Shown here in pieces: positions 48,669 to 57,639 of a stretch of 64,000 nucleotides of DNA; positions within the stretch are counted from its first letter, which is position 1; each line of letters starts with the position of its first letter. The translations under genes were made by a program, and so were the position numbers. Source of the DNA: Candidatus Fermentibacterota bacterium (lineage in GTDB: Bacteria; Fermentibacterota; Fermentibacteria; Fermentibacterales; JCC-6); assembly GCA_014728175.1 (NCBI GenBank), contig WJMA01000054.1, forward strand, positions 71,673 through 135,672. The letters are read 5' to 3'. The notes beneath the pieces are model-generated. The model was given only the letters and a program-made list of their open reading frames with translations. It made no database searches and was not told where the DNA came from.

Positions 48669-50990
48669 ATGGATGAGCCGGAAGCGCTGCTGAAGGGTAT
48701 CTCGCTCTTCGACGACTTCAATGATGAAGAGCTTCGCCGCCTGGTCGAGGAGAGCGAGCTCAGGGCCTACGCGCCCGGTGACCACGTGATAACCTACGGA
48801 GAGCCGGGCAGGTTCCTGGGCATAATCCTCAGCGGATCCGTCGAGGTCTCCATAGTGGACGATGACGGAGCCAGGGAGAGGTTGGCCTTGATCGAGCCCG
48901 GCTCCTTCGTGGGGGAGATGTCCCTGCTTACCGGAGAGCCCTCCTGCGCGGACGTGATCTCCCTGGAGGAAACCAGGGTCCTTATTATCCCCAACGAGAT
49001 ATGCACCAAGCATTTCTCGGATAAGCCCGGAGCCATGCGGGAGATGATAAGAACCATCTCGGAGCGACTCCGGAGCCGGGAGGAGGACGAGGCAGCCCGT
49101 CTGCGCGTGGAGGGAGCCTGGCGGGCGGTCGAGGACAGGTACGGGCTCAGGCTCACCTCGACAAAACCCGCGAGGATACTGGTAATAAACTGTGGCAGCT
49201 CGTCCCTGAAGTACGCATTCTACGACACGGTCGAACCCCAGAGGAACTGCGACGGCCTGGTGGAGAGAATAGGCGAGGATCAGGGCAGGCTGAATGCCTC
49301 CACCCCGTCCGGCGAGGTCACCAGGGACCTGGGGAAGATCGATCACGACCAGGCCTTCCAGGCTATGGCGGATATGCTGATCGATGAAGAGCTGGGGGCC
49401 ATAGCAGACCTGGAGGAACTGACCGGGGTCGGGCACAGGGTGGTGCATGGAGGAGCGAAGTACGGCAACCCGGTGGTCATCGACGAAGAGGTGGTCCGGG
49501 ACATAGACCTTCTGGCGGACCTGGCCCCCCTGCACAACCCTCCGAACCTGACGGCCATACGGAAGAGCATGCAGCTGATGCCCGACGTACCGCAGGTGGC
49601 CGTTTTCGACACCGGCTTCCACCAAAAGATGCCCAAACAGGCCTACCTGTACGGCCTGCCCTACTCCTACTACGAGAAGCACGCCCTCCGCCGGTACGGC
49701 TTTCACGGCATATCCCATAAGTATCTGGCTCTCAAGGCGGCGTCGTACCTGAAGCTTCCCTTCCGGGACCTGAAGATCATAACCTGTCATCTGGGTAACG
49801 GCGCTTCCCTGTGCGCCGTCGAGCACGGTCGGTCGATCGATACCAGCATGGGCCTTACTCCGCTGGAGGGTCTGGTGATGGGCACCAGATGCGGCGATTT
49901 GGATCCGGCGGTCGTTCTCTACCTTACCCGTCAGGAAGGGATGTCCACGGACGAGATAGACAGGATGCTGAACAAGGAGAGCGGCCTGAAGGGCCTCTCG
50001 GGGATCTCCAACGATTTCCGCGAGCTGGAGGACGCGGCCAACCAGGGCGACCGCAGGGCCCTGTTGGCCATCCACGTATTTTGCTACCGGATAAGGAAGT
50101 ACATAGGGGCTTATACGGCGGCCATGGGTGGGCTGGACGTACTGGTCTTCGCCGGCGGCATAGGCGAGCACAGCTCCTGGGCCCGGGGGCTGGCCTGCCA
50201 GGGCCTTTCCGGTATGGGAGTGGAGGTAGACGACATACTCAACCGGACCGCATCACCTTCCCAGGGTGAGGTCATAGACGTCTCCGGGGACGCCTCCAAC
50301 TCCAAGGTCCTGGTCATTCCCACCGACGAGGCCCGGATGATAGCCAGGGAGACCATCCGGACCCTGGGATACAGCTCCACCGCCGCACACATCCAGAGCA
50401 GGGAAGACAGAACGGTTCCCATAAGGGTATCCGTCCACCACGTTCACGTCACCGAGAGCACCAAGGACAAACTGTTCGGCAGGGAATACAGGCTTTCCTG
50501 CACCCGGAGCCTATCGCAACCCGGGCTGTACGCCTGCAAGGAGAAAGTGGACCTGGAAGGACCCCGGGGAATCGTGAAGGGCGTAAGAATCTACGGTCCG
50601 ACCAGAAGGCAGGATCAGGTGGAGGTATCCGTGGCCGACGAATCGATTCTGGGGATCCGTGCGCCCATAAGGCGATCCGGGGACGTGGATGGAAGCCCGG
50701 GCATAACTCTCCGCGGCCCGAAGGGCTCCTGCAAGCTCCGGCAGGGAGTGATCCGGTTCATGAGGCACCTGCACATGACCCCGGCCGACGCTCTCGCCTT
50801 CGGGCTCAAGGACGGAGACATGGCCATGGTCCGTACCGAGGGCGAGCGGGGCCTCATATTCGACAACGTCCTGGTCAGGGTTGATCCCGACTACGAGCTC
50901 TCCTTGCACATAGACGTCGACGAGGCCAACGCGGCGAACATCCGCTCAGGCATGACCGGCGAGCTTATAGGCATTCATGATCGAAGATAG
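48669..50990 (+). CDS. ackA: Fusion: cNMP-binding domain + acetate/propionate kinase + PduL phosphotransacylase
   Basis: N-terminal FVGEMSLL cNMP fold; NCGSSSLK, HRVVHGG, PLHNP, YGFHG, TSMGLTPLEGL; C-terminal HVH, QVEVS, RSGD, RHLHM, HIDVDEANA. Confidence 0.9.
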   Translation: MDEPEALLKGISLFDDFNDEELRRLVEESELRAYAPGDHVITYGEPGRFLGIILSGSVEVSIVDDDGARERLALIEPGSFVGEMSLLTGEPSCADVISLEETRVLIIPNEICTKHFSDKPGAMREMIRTISERLRSREEDEAARLRVEGAWRAVEDRYGLRLTSTKPARILVINCGSSSLKYAFYDTVEPQRNCDGLVERIGEDQGRLNASTPSGEVTRDLGKIDHDQAFQAMADMLIDEELGAIADLEELTGVGHRVVHGGAKYGNPVVIDEEVVRDIDLLADLAPLHNPPNLTAIRKSMQLMPDVPQVAVFDTGFHQKMPKQAYLYGLPYSYYEKHALRRYGFHGISHKYLALKAASYLKLPFRDLKIITCHLGNGASLCAVEHGRSIDTSMGLTPLEGLVMGTRCGDLDPAVVLYLTRQEGMSTDEIDRMLNKESGLKGLSGISNDFRELEDAANQGDRRALLAIHVFCYRIRKYIGAYTAAMGGLDVLVFAGGIGEHSSWARGLACQGLSGMGVEVDDILNRTASPSQGEVIDVSGDASNSKVLVIPTDEARMIARETIRTLGYSSTAAHIQSREDRTVPIRVSVHHVHVTESTKDKLFGREYRLSCTRSLSQPGLYACKEKVDLEGPRGIVKGVRIYGPTRRQDQVEVSVADESILGIRAPIRRSGDVDGSPGITLRGPKGSCKLRQGVIRFMRHLHMTPADALAFGLKDGDMAMVRTEGERGLIFDNVLVRVDPDYELSLHIDVDEANAANIRSGMTGELIGIHDRR

Positions 50991-51149
50991 ACCTTCATCC
51001 AATCTGGACAATTAGAACAGATTTGGTATGCTTTTCCTTCCGTTGACAGTATTGTTGGAACCTATTCAATGCCTACTGAATTGATATGATGCGTGCAGGG
51101 CAACCCGGTGACGCCGGGCAACCATCCCATATTTAGAAAGGTTATCCCC

Positions 51150-52580
51150 ATGAAAGAGGGCCTGGTTCAGGATCTGCAGGAGATCGTAGGCGAGGACGCC
51201 GTAAGGGACGACCCGGCCGATCTCTACGTGTACGGGTCCGACTCTTCGGTACATTGCGCCCTTCCGTGGGCCATCGTTCGTCCCGGCACGGTGGAGGAGG
51301 TGCAGGAGATCCTGCGTTACGCGAACAGCAACGGCATACCCGTCGTAACCAGAGGGGCCGGCTCGGGCATGTCCGGGCAGGCCGTCCCCATCCAGGGCGG
51401 AATCATCCTGGATATGAAAAGGCTGAACAAGATCCTCGAGATCAGCCCCGAGAACACGTACGTTAGGGTGCAGGCCGGAGTGGTCGACGACGACCTCAAC
51501 CGTGCTCTCAAGCCTTACGGCTTCATGTATCCACCCGCTCCGGCATCCAGCAGGATAGCCACCATAGGCGGGGAGATCGCGAACAACGCCAGCGGCACCA
51601 GATCCGTCAAGTACGGAGCTACCAGGGATTGCGTTCTGGGCATGAAGGTAGTGATGGCGGACGGCAGCCTGGTAAACCTGGGCTCCACCACTCGCGTAGA
51701 GGCCAGCGGCTACCAGGTGGACAGGCTGATGGTAGGCTCCGAAGGCACACTTGGCGTAATCGTCGAGGCTACCATGAAGATAGTCCCCATCCCCAAGTAC
51801 AGGTGCATGGGAGTCGCCTGCTTCAACGAGCTCGAGGAGGCCGGCGACACCATCTCCGAGATAATCGCCAGCGGGACACAACCCTCGGTGCTGGAGCTGA
51901 TGGACAACGTGGCCATCACCGCGGTGAACACGGCCATCGATCTCGGCCTTCCCGACGTGGAGGCCCTGCTGTTCATAGAGGCCGACGGCAACGTTAAGGA
52001 AGCCGTCGACTACGAGATCGAGAGGATGAAGGAGATAGCCGAGAAGTACAACGCTTTCGGCATCGATATCAGCTACGACGCAGAAAAGCGCACCAAGCTC
52101 TTCAAGGGACGCAAGAAGCTCTTCGCATCCCTGTCCAGGTACAAGGAAGGCTACTCCTGCACCTCCCTGGCCGACGACATGGCCGTACCCTACAGCAGGA
52201 TGGCCGAAATGGCCCGGAAGATCCACGATATAGCGGACCGCAACGACGTGATAATGACCGCCTACGGTCACTGTGGCTCGGGCTGCGTGCACACCAAGAT
52301 CCTGATGGACCCTACCCGGAAGGAGCAGTGGGAGGGCGCCAGAAACGCGGTCAGAGAGATATACGAGTACGTCCGCTCCGTCGGGGGGACGACTTCGGCC
52401 GAGCACGGAATAGGTCTTTCCAAAGCCCCGGCCTGGAAGAAGGAGAAGCAGGACTCGCTGGAAATCATTGGGGCCATAAAGAAAGCTTTGGACCCCAACA
52501 ACATTCTCAATCCGGGCAAGCTTCAGGACGCCCCGGACGACTGGCTGACCGCAACAGACCTTCGGTACAAGGCGGAATAG
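51150..52580 (+). CDS. FAD-linked D-2-hydroxyacid dehydrogenase (GlcD/Dld-like)
   Basis: RGAGSGMSG, ATIGG.IANNASG, KYGATRD, GSEGTLG, AEHGIG and LDPNNILNPGK. Confidence 0.9.
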   Translation: MKEGLVQDLQEIVGEDAVRDDPADLYVYGSDSSVHCALPWAIVRPGTVEEVQEILRYANSNGIPVVTRGAGSGMSGQAVPIQGGIILDMKRLNKILEISPENTYVRVQAGVVDDDLNRALKPYGFMYPPAPASSRIATIGGEIANNASGTRSVKYGATRDCVLGMKVVMADGSLVNLGSTTRVEASGYQVDRLMVGSEGTLGVIVEATMKIVPIPKYRCMGVACFNELEEAGDTISEIIASGTQPSVLELMDNVAITAVNTAIDLGLPDVEALLFIEADGNVKEAVDYEIERMKEIAEKYNAFGIDISYDAEKRTKLFKGRKKLFASLSRYKEGYSCTSLADDMAVPYSRMAEMARKIHDIADRNDVIMTAYGHCGSGCVHTKILMDPTRKEQWEGARNAVREIYEYVRSVGGTTSAEHGIGLSKAPAWKKEKQDSLEIIGAIKKALDPNNILNPGKLQDAPDDWLTATDLRYKAE

Positions 52581-52587
52581 GTGTAGA

Positions 52588-53646
52588 ATGCTTACCGACT
52601 ACCTCAACGAATGGAAAGACGAGCTAAACATCTGCATCAGGTGCGGCTACTGCTTCGAGGGATGCCCGATCTTCAAGGACGGCGGATGGGAGCTGGACGG
52701 AGCCAGGGGCAAGGTGATCCTGGCCTATGGCCTGCTCTCCGGAGAGCTGGAGCCGACCGAGTACGTGGCGGAGAAGCTTTACCAGTGCACCTACTGCAAG
52801 GACTGCATAGAGAAGTGCTCCGCAAACGTTTCCATCCCCGATATCATGACCGCCGCCAGGGCCGATCTCCGGGAGGCTGGTTTCACCTACGACTCCCACG
52901 CCGATCTCCTGAGCAAGGTGACCGAGTCGGGAAACATCTTCGGCAAGGAGCTGAAGGGTCCGGCCACGGAGGGCGAGGTACCCGTTCTTCTGGGTTGCCG
53001 CTTCCTGGAACGGCGCGACGATGCGGAGCGGTACCTCGAGATGCTCCGGAAGCTGGGCATCGAACCAGTAGTCATCGAGGACGAGATCTGCTGCGGCATG
53101 CCCTTCGGAGTTCTGGGCTACAAGGAAGAGCTGGCCGAGCACAAGAAGAAGTTCAAGGAGAGGTTCCCCCACCAGAGGTTCATATGCCTCTGCACCACGT
53201 GCGCCTTCTTCATATCCAAGTCCTATCCGGAGCTGGAGCCGGTGTACGTAATAGACGAGATCCATAAGAGGCTTCCCGATGCCGACCTGACCGAGTTGGG
53301 CATCAAAACCACGTACCACGATCCCTGCAACGTCAGCAGGGGAATGGACATGGTGGACGAGCCCCGCGACATAATCGACTGGTTGGGCGCCGAGCTCGTC
53401 GAGTTTCCGAAGAACGCGAAGGAGACCGAATGCTGCGGGGGAGGCGGCGGGGTCCTGGTAACCGACAAGCCGCTGTCGACGAGACTCGCCGAGAAGAGGA
53501 TCCGTCAGGCGGGAGAGCTGGGCGTAGACCACCTGGTCACCCTCTGCCCCACCTGCGAGCTCAACCTGAGAAACGCGGCCGATTCCACGGGAACGGACGT
53601 AGAGGTCAGGAACCTGCTGGATCTGGTCTGTGACTCGGTACTGTAG
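52588..53646 (+). CDS. GlcF/HdrD-like Fe-S protein (2x4Fe-4S + two CCG domains)
   Basis: CIRCGYC...CP, CTYCKDC...C; LGC..CCG..CTTC and YHDPC..CCGGGGG..CPTC. Confidence 0.9.
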   Translation: MLTDYLNEWKDELNICIRCGYCFEGCPIFKDGGWELDGARGKVILAYGLLSGELEPTEYVAEKLYQCTYCKDCIEKCSANVSIPDIMTAARADLREAGFTYDSHADLLSKVTESGNIFGKELKGPATEGEVPVLLGCRFLERRDDAERYLEMLRKLGIEPVVIEDEICCGMPFGVLGYKEELAEHKKKFKERFPHQRFICLCTTCAFFISKSYPELEPVYVIDEIHKRLPDADLTELGIKTTYHDPCNVSRGMDMVDEPRDIIDWLGAELVEFPKNAKETECCGGGGGVLVTDKPLSTRLAEKRIRQAGELGVDHLVTLCPTCELNLRNAADSTGTDVEVRNLLDLVCDSVL

Positions 53647-53684
53647 GCTTACGGCACCTGGGAACCATGAATGGTGAGGACAGC

Positions 53685-54251
53685 ATGACAGCCAATTTCA
53701 AGGATCTCGAGAAATGGAGCCCCGAGCTCAACATATGCATCCGATGCGGCTACTGCTACGAGCTGTGCCCGCTTTACAAGGCCCATCCCTGGGAGTCCGA
53801 CACTCCCCGGGCCAAGATGCTCCTGGTCTACGGGCTCTTGACCGGTGACCTCGAACCCTCGCAACACGTGGCGGAGAAGATAAGCGAGTGCTTCTTCTGC
53901 AAGAACTGCGAGAACAACTGCTCCGCCAACGTCCCGGTGACCGACATTATCAAGGAGGCCAAGGCCGCCCTGGCCGAGGCCGGTTACGAGGTAGACCGCA
54001 CCGCCAGCACCGTCGACGAGGACCTCTGCTGCCGTTGCTACACCTGCGTATCGGTGTGCAAGGCCGAGGCGGTCGAACCCGACGAGGATGGGCAACCGGT
54101 GGTCGATCCGGTGGAGTGCGAGGGGTGCGGCGTTTGCGCCGCTTCGTGCCCGTCGGGAGCGATCTCCCAGAAGGACGGGTTCGGAGTATCCAGAGAAGAG
54201 CTGCGGCAGTTGCTTTTGGACACTTTGCGAAAGGGGGCCCAGGTTGAGTGA
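53685..54251 (+). CDS. Chimeric polyferredoxin: GlcF-like N-domain + HdrA-C-terminal-like ferredoxin domain
   Basis: Four CxxCxxCxxxC motifs; both halves align by eye with other proteins in this window. Confidence 0.8.
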   Translation: MTANFKDLEKWSPELNICIRCGYCYELCPLYKAHPWESDTPRAKMLLVYGLLTGDLEPSQHVAEKISECFFCKNCENNCSANVPVTDIIKEAKAALAEAGYEVDRTASTVDEDLCCRCYTCVSVCKAEAVEPDEDGQPVVDPVECEGCGVCAASCPSGAISQKDGFGVSREELRQLLLDTLRKGAQVE

Positions 54252-54666
54252 GGATCCCAGGATAGTGGTCTTCTGCTGCAACTGGTCGATTTATCCCGGG
54301 CTCCAGCTGTCGGCGATCGACGAGAATCCAGACGATCTTCCCGGGGTGAGCCACATAGTCTCCATGTGCTCGGGGAGGGTCTCACCCGAGCTGGTCATAG
54401 AGGCCTTCGTTAACGGCGCCTGGGGCGTAATGCTCGCCGGTTGCCCGACCGACGAGTGCGAGCACGATGGCAACTACAAGACCAGAAAACGCTTCATAAT
54501 GCTACGTAAAGTTTTGGAGGAATTCGGCATTGAGCCGGGTAGGATAAGCATGGACTGGTTCTCTACCGGAGAGGTCGCGAAGCTCAAGCAATCGGTGCGG
54601 GAGTTCGTCGACCGTATAACGGAGATGGGACCGGCTAGAGTCGTAAAGGAACAAGAACTCGGATAG
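54244..54666 (+). CDS. mvhD: Divergent MvhD Fe-S subunit
   Basis: FCCNWSIY, MCSGRV, AF.NGA.GV, GCPTDEC, GNY and WFSTGE; TTG start overlaps the upstream gene. Confidence 0.85.
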   Translation: MSEDPRIVVFCCNWSIYPGLQLSAIDENPDDLPGVSHIVSMCSGRVSPELVIEAFVNGAWGVMLAGCPTDECEHDGNYKTRKRFIMLRKVLEEFGIEPGRISMDWFSTGEVAKLKQSVREFVDRITEMGPARVVKEQELG

Positions 54667-54674
54667 GAGCCCGT

Positions 54675-55655
54675 ATGTCATCTAAACCAAAGGTGGCGTT
54701 CTACTGGAACGCCTCTTGCGGCGGATGCGAGGAAGCCGTCGTAGACCTCGCCGAAGATATACTCCAGGTGGTCGAGGCAGTGGACATAGTCTTCTGGCCG
54801 GTCGCCCTGGACTTCAAGAAGAAGGACGTAGAGGCGATGGACGACGGAGAGATCGCGGTCAGCTTCATCAACGGCGCAATCAGGACCGACGAGCAGAGGG
54901 AGATGGTCGAGCTTCTCAGGCGCAAGTCGGGGCTGGTGGTCGCCTTCGGCTCCTGCGCCCACATAGGGGGGATACCCGGGCTGGCAAACTTCTACAACCG
55001 GGAGCTCATCTTCGACCGGGCCTACAGGACGGTACCCAGCACACCGAACCCCGACGGGGTGCTTCCCCGGACCAGCTCCGACATCGATGACGACGAACTA
55101 ACGCTTCCGGAGTTCTGGGACACCGTAAAGACCCTCGACCAGGTGATAGACGTGGACTACTACCTTCCCGGCTGCGCCCCTCCCCCGGACCTCATCATGG
55201 ACGCGGTCACCGCTATTCTGGAGGCGAACCTCCCGGAGAAGGGCACGGTCCTAGCGCCCAGGAAGAATCTCTGCGACACCTGCCCCAGATCAGAGAGCAA
55301 ACCGGACAAGATCTCCATAGAGAGCCTGAAGCGGCCCTACGAGATCGAGGCCGATCCGGAAAAATGCTTTCTGGAAGAGGGCATAATCTGCCTGGGCATG
55401 TCGACCAGATCTGGCTGCGGAGAGAGGTGCATAAACGCCAACATGCCCTGCAGGGGTTGCTTCGGTCCGGCCGAGGAGGTGTTCGACCAGGGAGCCAAGG
55501 GTCTTTCGGCCATAGCTTCCATACTGGGTCTGGAGAAAGAGGAAGAGCTCACGGACGAGGACATAGAGAGGCTGATCGACAGAATACCCGATCTGGCGGG
55601 CCTGTTCTACATGTACAGCCTTCCCTCCTCGCTACTTCGAAGGAAGAAGCTCTAG
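54675..55655 (+). CDS. mvhG: Group 3c [NiFe]-hydrogenase small subunit
   Basis: ASCGGCE, FGSCA, PGCAP, CDTCP, CFL..G.ICLG and C...C...NMPCRGC. Confidence 0.92.
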   Translation: MSSKPKVAFYWNASCGGCEEAVVDLAEDILQVVEAVDIVFWPVALDFKKKDVEAMDDGEIAVSFINGAIRTDEQREMVELLRRKSGLVVAFGSCAHIGGIPGLANFYNRELIFDRAYRTVPSTPNPDGVLPRTSSDIDDDELTLPEFWDTVKTLDQVIDVDYYLPGCAPPPDLIMDAVTAILEANLPEKGTVLAPRKNLCDTCPRSESKPDKISIESLKRPYEIEADPEKCFLEEGIICLGMSTRSGCGERCINANMPCRGCFGPAEEVFDQGAKGLSAIASILGLEKEEELTDEDIERLIDRIPDLAGLFYMYSLPSSLLRRKKL

Positions 55656-55708
55656 TTGGATAACGACACGGACCCTGCCACAGGCATTCTGGGAGGAATG
55701 GAACAACG

Positions 55709-57172
55709 ATGGCGAACAAACGAGTCACTATAGACCCTATCACCAGGCTGGAGGGCCACGGTAAGATAGAGATATTCCTCGACGATGAGGGGAACGTGGA
55801 CAAGGCGTTCCTCCAGGTCCCAGAGCTGAGGGGATTCGAGAAGTTCTCCGAGGGACGGATGGCCGAGGAGATGCCCAGGATAACCCCCAAGATATGCGGC
55901 GTCTGCCCCACCACCCATCACATGGCCTCCGGCAAGACTTTGGACGATCTATTCAACGTAGACCCCCCGCCCGCGGCGAAGAAGATACGTGAGCTGGTCA
56001 ACTCGGCGTTCATGGCGGAGGACCACACCCTCCACTTCTTCTTCCTGGGTGGGCCCGACTTCATCGTGGGCCCGGACGCCCCCGCGGGCCAGAGGAACAT
56101 TCTGGGGGTGATCGAGAAGGTCGGCCTGGACGCCGGCAAGAAGGTGATAGAGATCCGCAGGCGCCTGCGCGACATAATCACCAAGCAGGGCGGCAGGGTG
56201 ATCCACCCGGTCTGCAATCTCCCCGGCGGGGTGTCCAAGGGCGTCACCGAAGAGGACCGTCAGGAGTACATCCAGACCGGCAAGGACGCCATAGACTTCT
56301 CGCAGTTCGCCTTGCAGGCGTTCTCGGACATAGTCCTGGAGAACGAGAGGTACGTCAACATAATCACCTCCGACGTTTACCTGCACCATACGTACTACAT
56401 GGGCCTGGTCGACGAGGACAACAAGGTGAACTTCTACGACGGCGAGATCAGGGTGGTGGACCCCGACGGCGAGGAGTTCGCCAAGTTCGACGCCCACGAG
56501 TACCTCGACCACATAGAGGAGCACGTGGAACCCTGGAGCTACATAAAGTTCCCCTTCCTCAAGAACGTAGGTTGGAAGGGATTCGTCGACGGCAAGGACA
56601 GCGGTGTCTACCGGGTCGCGCCGCTTGCCAGGCTCAACGCATCCGACGGCATGGCCACTCCCAAGGCCCAGGAGGCCTACGAGCAGATGTACGACGTGCT
56701 GGGAGGAAAACCCGCCCACAACACTCTCGCCTACCACTGGGCCAGGCTGATAGAGCTCCTGTATGCGTCTGAAAGGCTGCTGGAGCTGGCCGAGGACGAG
56801 GAGATACTGGACCCCAAGATCAGGAACATCCCCACCGACACTCCCGACGAGGGAGTGGGAGTGGTGGAGGCACCCAGAGGAACCCTCTACCACCACTACA
56901 AGACCGACGACAGAGGAGTTCTCACCGACGTCAACCTGATAGTGGCCACGGTGAACAACTCGGCAGCCATATCCATGTCCATCGCCAGGGCGGCCGAGAA
57001 GGTTATATCGGGCAGAGAGGTCGCCGACGGCCTTCTTAACCTGGTGGAGATGGCCTTCAGGGCCTACGACCCCTGCCTGGCCTGCGCCACCCACTCCCTT
57101 CCCGGCGAGACGCCGCTGGAGGTAAGGGTCTACGATCACCGGAGGGAGCTGCTGCAGACCCTCACCAGATGA
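55709..57172 (+). CDS. mvhA: Group 3c [NiFe]-hydrogenase large subunit
   Basis: PITRLEGHG, RGFEKF, L1 KICGVCP..H, EAPRGTL, L2 RAYDPCLACATH plus C-terminal extension. Confidence 0.95.
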   Translation: MANKRVTIDPITRLEGHGKIEIFLDDEGNVDKAFLQVPELRGFEKFSEGRMAEEMPRITPKICGVCPTTHHMASGKTLDDLFNVDPPPAAKKIRELVNSAFMAEDHTLHFFFLGGPDFIVGPDAPAGQRNILGVIEKVGLDAGKKVIEIRRRLRDIITKQGGRVIHPVCNLPGGVSKGVTEEDRQEYIQTGKDAIDFSQFALQAFSDIVLENERYVNIITSDVYLHHTYYMGLVDEDNKVNFYDGEIRVVDPDGEEFAKFDAHEYLDHIEEHVEPWSYIKFPFLKNVGWKGFVDGKDSGVYRVAPLARLNASDGMATPKAQEAYEQMYDVLGGKPAHNTLAYHWARLIELLYASERLLELAEDEEILDPKIRNIPTDTPDEGVGVVEAPRGTLYHHYKTDDRGVLTDVNLIVATVNNSAAISMSIARAAEKVISGREVADGLLNLVEMAFRAYDPCLACATHSLPGETPLEVRVYDHRRELLQTLTR

Positions 57173-57627
57173 AAACGCTGGTCCTGGGGCTGGGCAATCC
57201 GATACTGAGCGACGATGCCGTGGGCATCAGGATAGCCCGGGAGCTGCGGAAACGGGTCGACGGAGTGGACGTCGAGGAGGGAGCGGTAGCGGGGATAACC
57301 ATCCTCGACCACATACAGGGCTACGACAGCCTGGTGATCGTAGATTCGATCAAGACCGGAAAGTCACCCCCCGGGCATCTGCACGTCCTTCGGCCGGAGG
57401 ACCTGGACTGCGTGACCAGACCGTCGCGCTCCCACCACGGTCTGGGGCTGGTCAGAGCACTGAGCATAGGCAAACGCATGGGCTACGATCTGCCGGATAC
57501 AATTAGGATATACGCAGTGGAGGTTCTGCGGAACGACGAGTTCGGCGAGGATCTGTCCCCCCAGGTGGAGGAAAGCGTTCCCGCCGTAGTCGAGGCCATA
57601 GCGTCCTACCTCACCGAAAGACAGTAG
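57169..57627 (+). CDS. Hydrogenase maturation protease
   Basis: LGLGNPILSDDAVG, IVDSI and SHH motifs; follows mvhA. Confidence 0.92.
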   Translation: MKTLVLGLGNPILSDDAVGIRIARELRKRVDGVDVEEGAVAGITILDHIQGYDSLVIVDSIKTGKSPPGHLHVLRPEDLDCVTRPSRSHHGLGLVRALSIGKRMGYDLPDTIRIYAVEVLRNDEFGEDLSPQVEESVPAVVEAIASYLTERQ

Positions 57628-57639
57628 GCCCCGGCGAGA

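Noticed and set aside
50400-50990. Bacterial microcompartment locus implied by PduL
   Set aside because: No shell-protein genes in the window; PduL is a fused domain.
36327-57172. Selenocysteine in HdrA, MvhD or MvhA
   Set aside because: The usual Sec positions are Cys or Ser codons (TLDCSQC, DPCLAC) and the ORFs have no internal TGA.
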